Source of the DNA: Fistulifera solaris
Lineage: Eukaryota
Assembly (NCBI GenBank): GCA_030295235.1
Contig: AP026137.1
Location: 434,001-498,000, forward strand
Direction: 5' to 3'
Length of the DNA: 64,000 nucleotides
Under the pieces are notes generated by a model, which saw only the letters and a program-made list of their open reading frames with translations, searched no databases and had not been told where the DNA came from. Position numbers and translations under genes: made by a program. Shown piece after piece: positions 62,674-64,000 of the stretch. The first letter of the stretch is position 1, and every line of letters begins with the position of its first letter.

Positions 62674-64000
62674 ATGACAAAGGCCTCTTCAGAATCAGCA
62701 AATTTGCACATGGATTTACAAGCCATTGCGTTAGCAATAGTAGCAGGAGAAAAGTCGGGACTGCCGTCAGTGTTAACACCGTTACCTGTTGGATATGAGC
62801 CTCGTAATCGAGATGTATGCTGCGGTCGTGGGAAGCGAAACTGGAATCACGAAGGAAACGTCTGGTTCAGGAATTTGATACAAGCGAACGTAGATCGATA
62901 CGTCCAGGCTCCCTCAAAGACTGATAAGACTGCGGTAGTCATTTCCGTGGTAGAACAGGTGCGACAGGAGGGCGCATTCTTTGTGAAACAAGATGACGAT
63001 TCCGGGAGGTGGTACGATATTGGGGATATTCAGGCCAGAGAAAAGGTGGGGCATTCTCTTCGTGATCAAGTAACGGCACAGAAAAAGAAAGAAAAAAGAA
63101 GGCGATTCACTTTCTCCTCCTCGTTCACGGACTCCCCCTCCAGAAACCGTGCATAGCTTCGTGTCATCTCAACATTCTAGCTCTTCCGTTGCTCAACACC
63201 TTGTCGATCAACATGCTGCTGCGAATCTAATAGCTCCTCAAATGGCTTTTTTCAATGCCTGCGCCCACCATCGGTGGCATCAGTGCAATCAATATGACCG
63301 ATGAAGTTCGCCAGAGTATCAATTTTCTGTATGGAAATTCGCAAGCGTTCACTGACATGCAAAGTCAGCAAGCACCGTCGCATCAGTTACAGCAACTAAA
63401 TGTCGAACAATTACAAGATCTGCAACCAACGCCAATACATCCACAGTTGCAGCAGCAATTCCGGAATATGTATCAGCAGCCGCCTCAACTCAACGCACAA
63501 CAAGTAAACCGAATGCCGCCCCCACTGAACCCTGATTATGGATATGGTGATGTCGACTATTATGCCGAACAGACGAGAAAAACACGCGATGACAATGATG
63601 TCGTAGATCGCCGCCGGTCGTCTCGTGAATCTGTTGAAGTTCTAGAGAAGTTCGGGCGTCGCCCCTCGTGGCGAGCCATGAGTATATCGTCGTCTTCAGC
63701 CAAAGGCCTCGTTAGCGATATACACGACTTTCAGGCCGAGTTTGGAGACGATCTGTTCGATGACTTTGTGTTTGATCGCCGCCGATCTTCGATTCAACCT
63801 TTTTCTATTCAAGCTGGTGCTGTCGATGCACGTCGAATGTCTGCAATGAGTATGGGATCTGCTATGGGGGACTCGTTCGGTGATCTAGACAGCGTTCCAG
63901 GTCTTATGCCGAATGTTCAATTCAACAACAATTTCCGTTCTTCAATTCGAAGAAGCTCGGTTAACTGGATGAGAGACGTTCAACAGCAATTTTATGAATT
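62674..64000 (+). CDS. DUF6824-domain protein, 3'-truncated by the window
   Basis: DVCCGRGKRNWNHEGNVWFRNLI...RY...KTAVVISVVEQVR..GAFFVK...W..IGD..AREKVGHSLRD, followed by Q/P-rich low-complexity sequence after frameshifts. Confidence 0.8.

Noticed and set aside
1..64000. tRNA or rRNA genes
   Set aside because: No cloverleaf or rRNA signature noticed by eye; tRNAscan-SE/Infernal would be needed to exclude them.

Overview
Eukaryotic nuclear DNA, almost certainly from a diatom. The evidence is compact genes with 70-130 nt GT-AG introns, bipartite plastid presequences, a DUF6824 protein and RXL/KXXK secreted proteins. Many conserved genes carry single-base indels in homopolymer runs, so most frameshifts are probably errors of an unpolished assembly. 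1-19 kb is gene-dense: CTL transporter, TFIIH p8, an unannotated spliced Cys/His-rich microprotein, SNase, SGNH hydrolase, a signal-peptide-bearing mitochondrial carrier, a methyltransferase, a GAF-TPR protein, RPS29 lacking its Zn ligands, G-alpha, V-ATPase d, and a zf-PARP/PADR1/HhH protein with no catalytic domain. 21-48 kb is a co-oriented array of six secreted Pro/Ser/Thr-rich genes. Five have a Lys-rich silaffin-like block, usually after an RXL site. The array shows 996-bp and 24-bp internal repeats, near-identical blocks shared between paralogs, a shared upstream motif, a 79-bp palindrome and a small TIR insertion. Downstream are SQD1, a trypsin with a silaffin-like lysine tail, a PH-kinase ending in CaaX, a 5.2-kb MULE transposon and a DUF6824 gene. 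A non-autonomous hAT element with an 8-bp TSD lies at 20039-20820. The best candidate for an undescribed system is the putative cell-wall or adhesive glycoprotein array together with the linked lysine-tagged trypsin as a possible RXL-processing protease.
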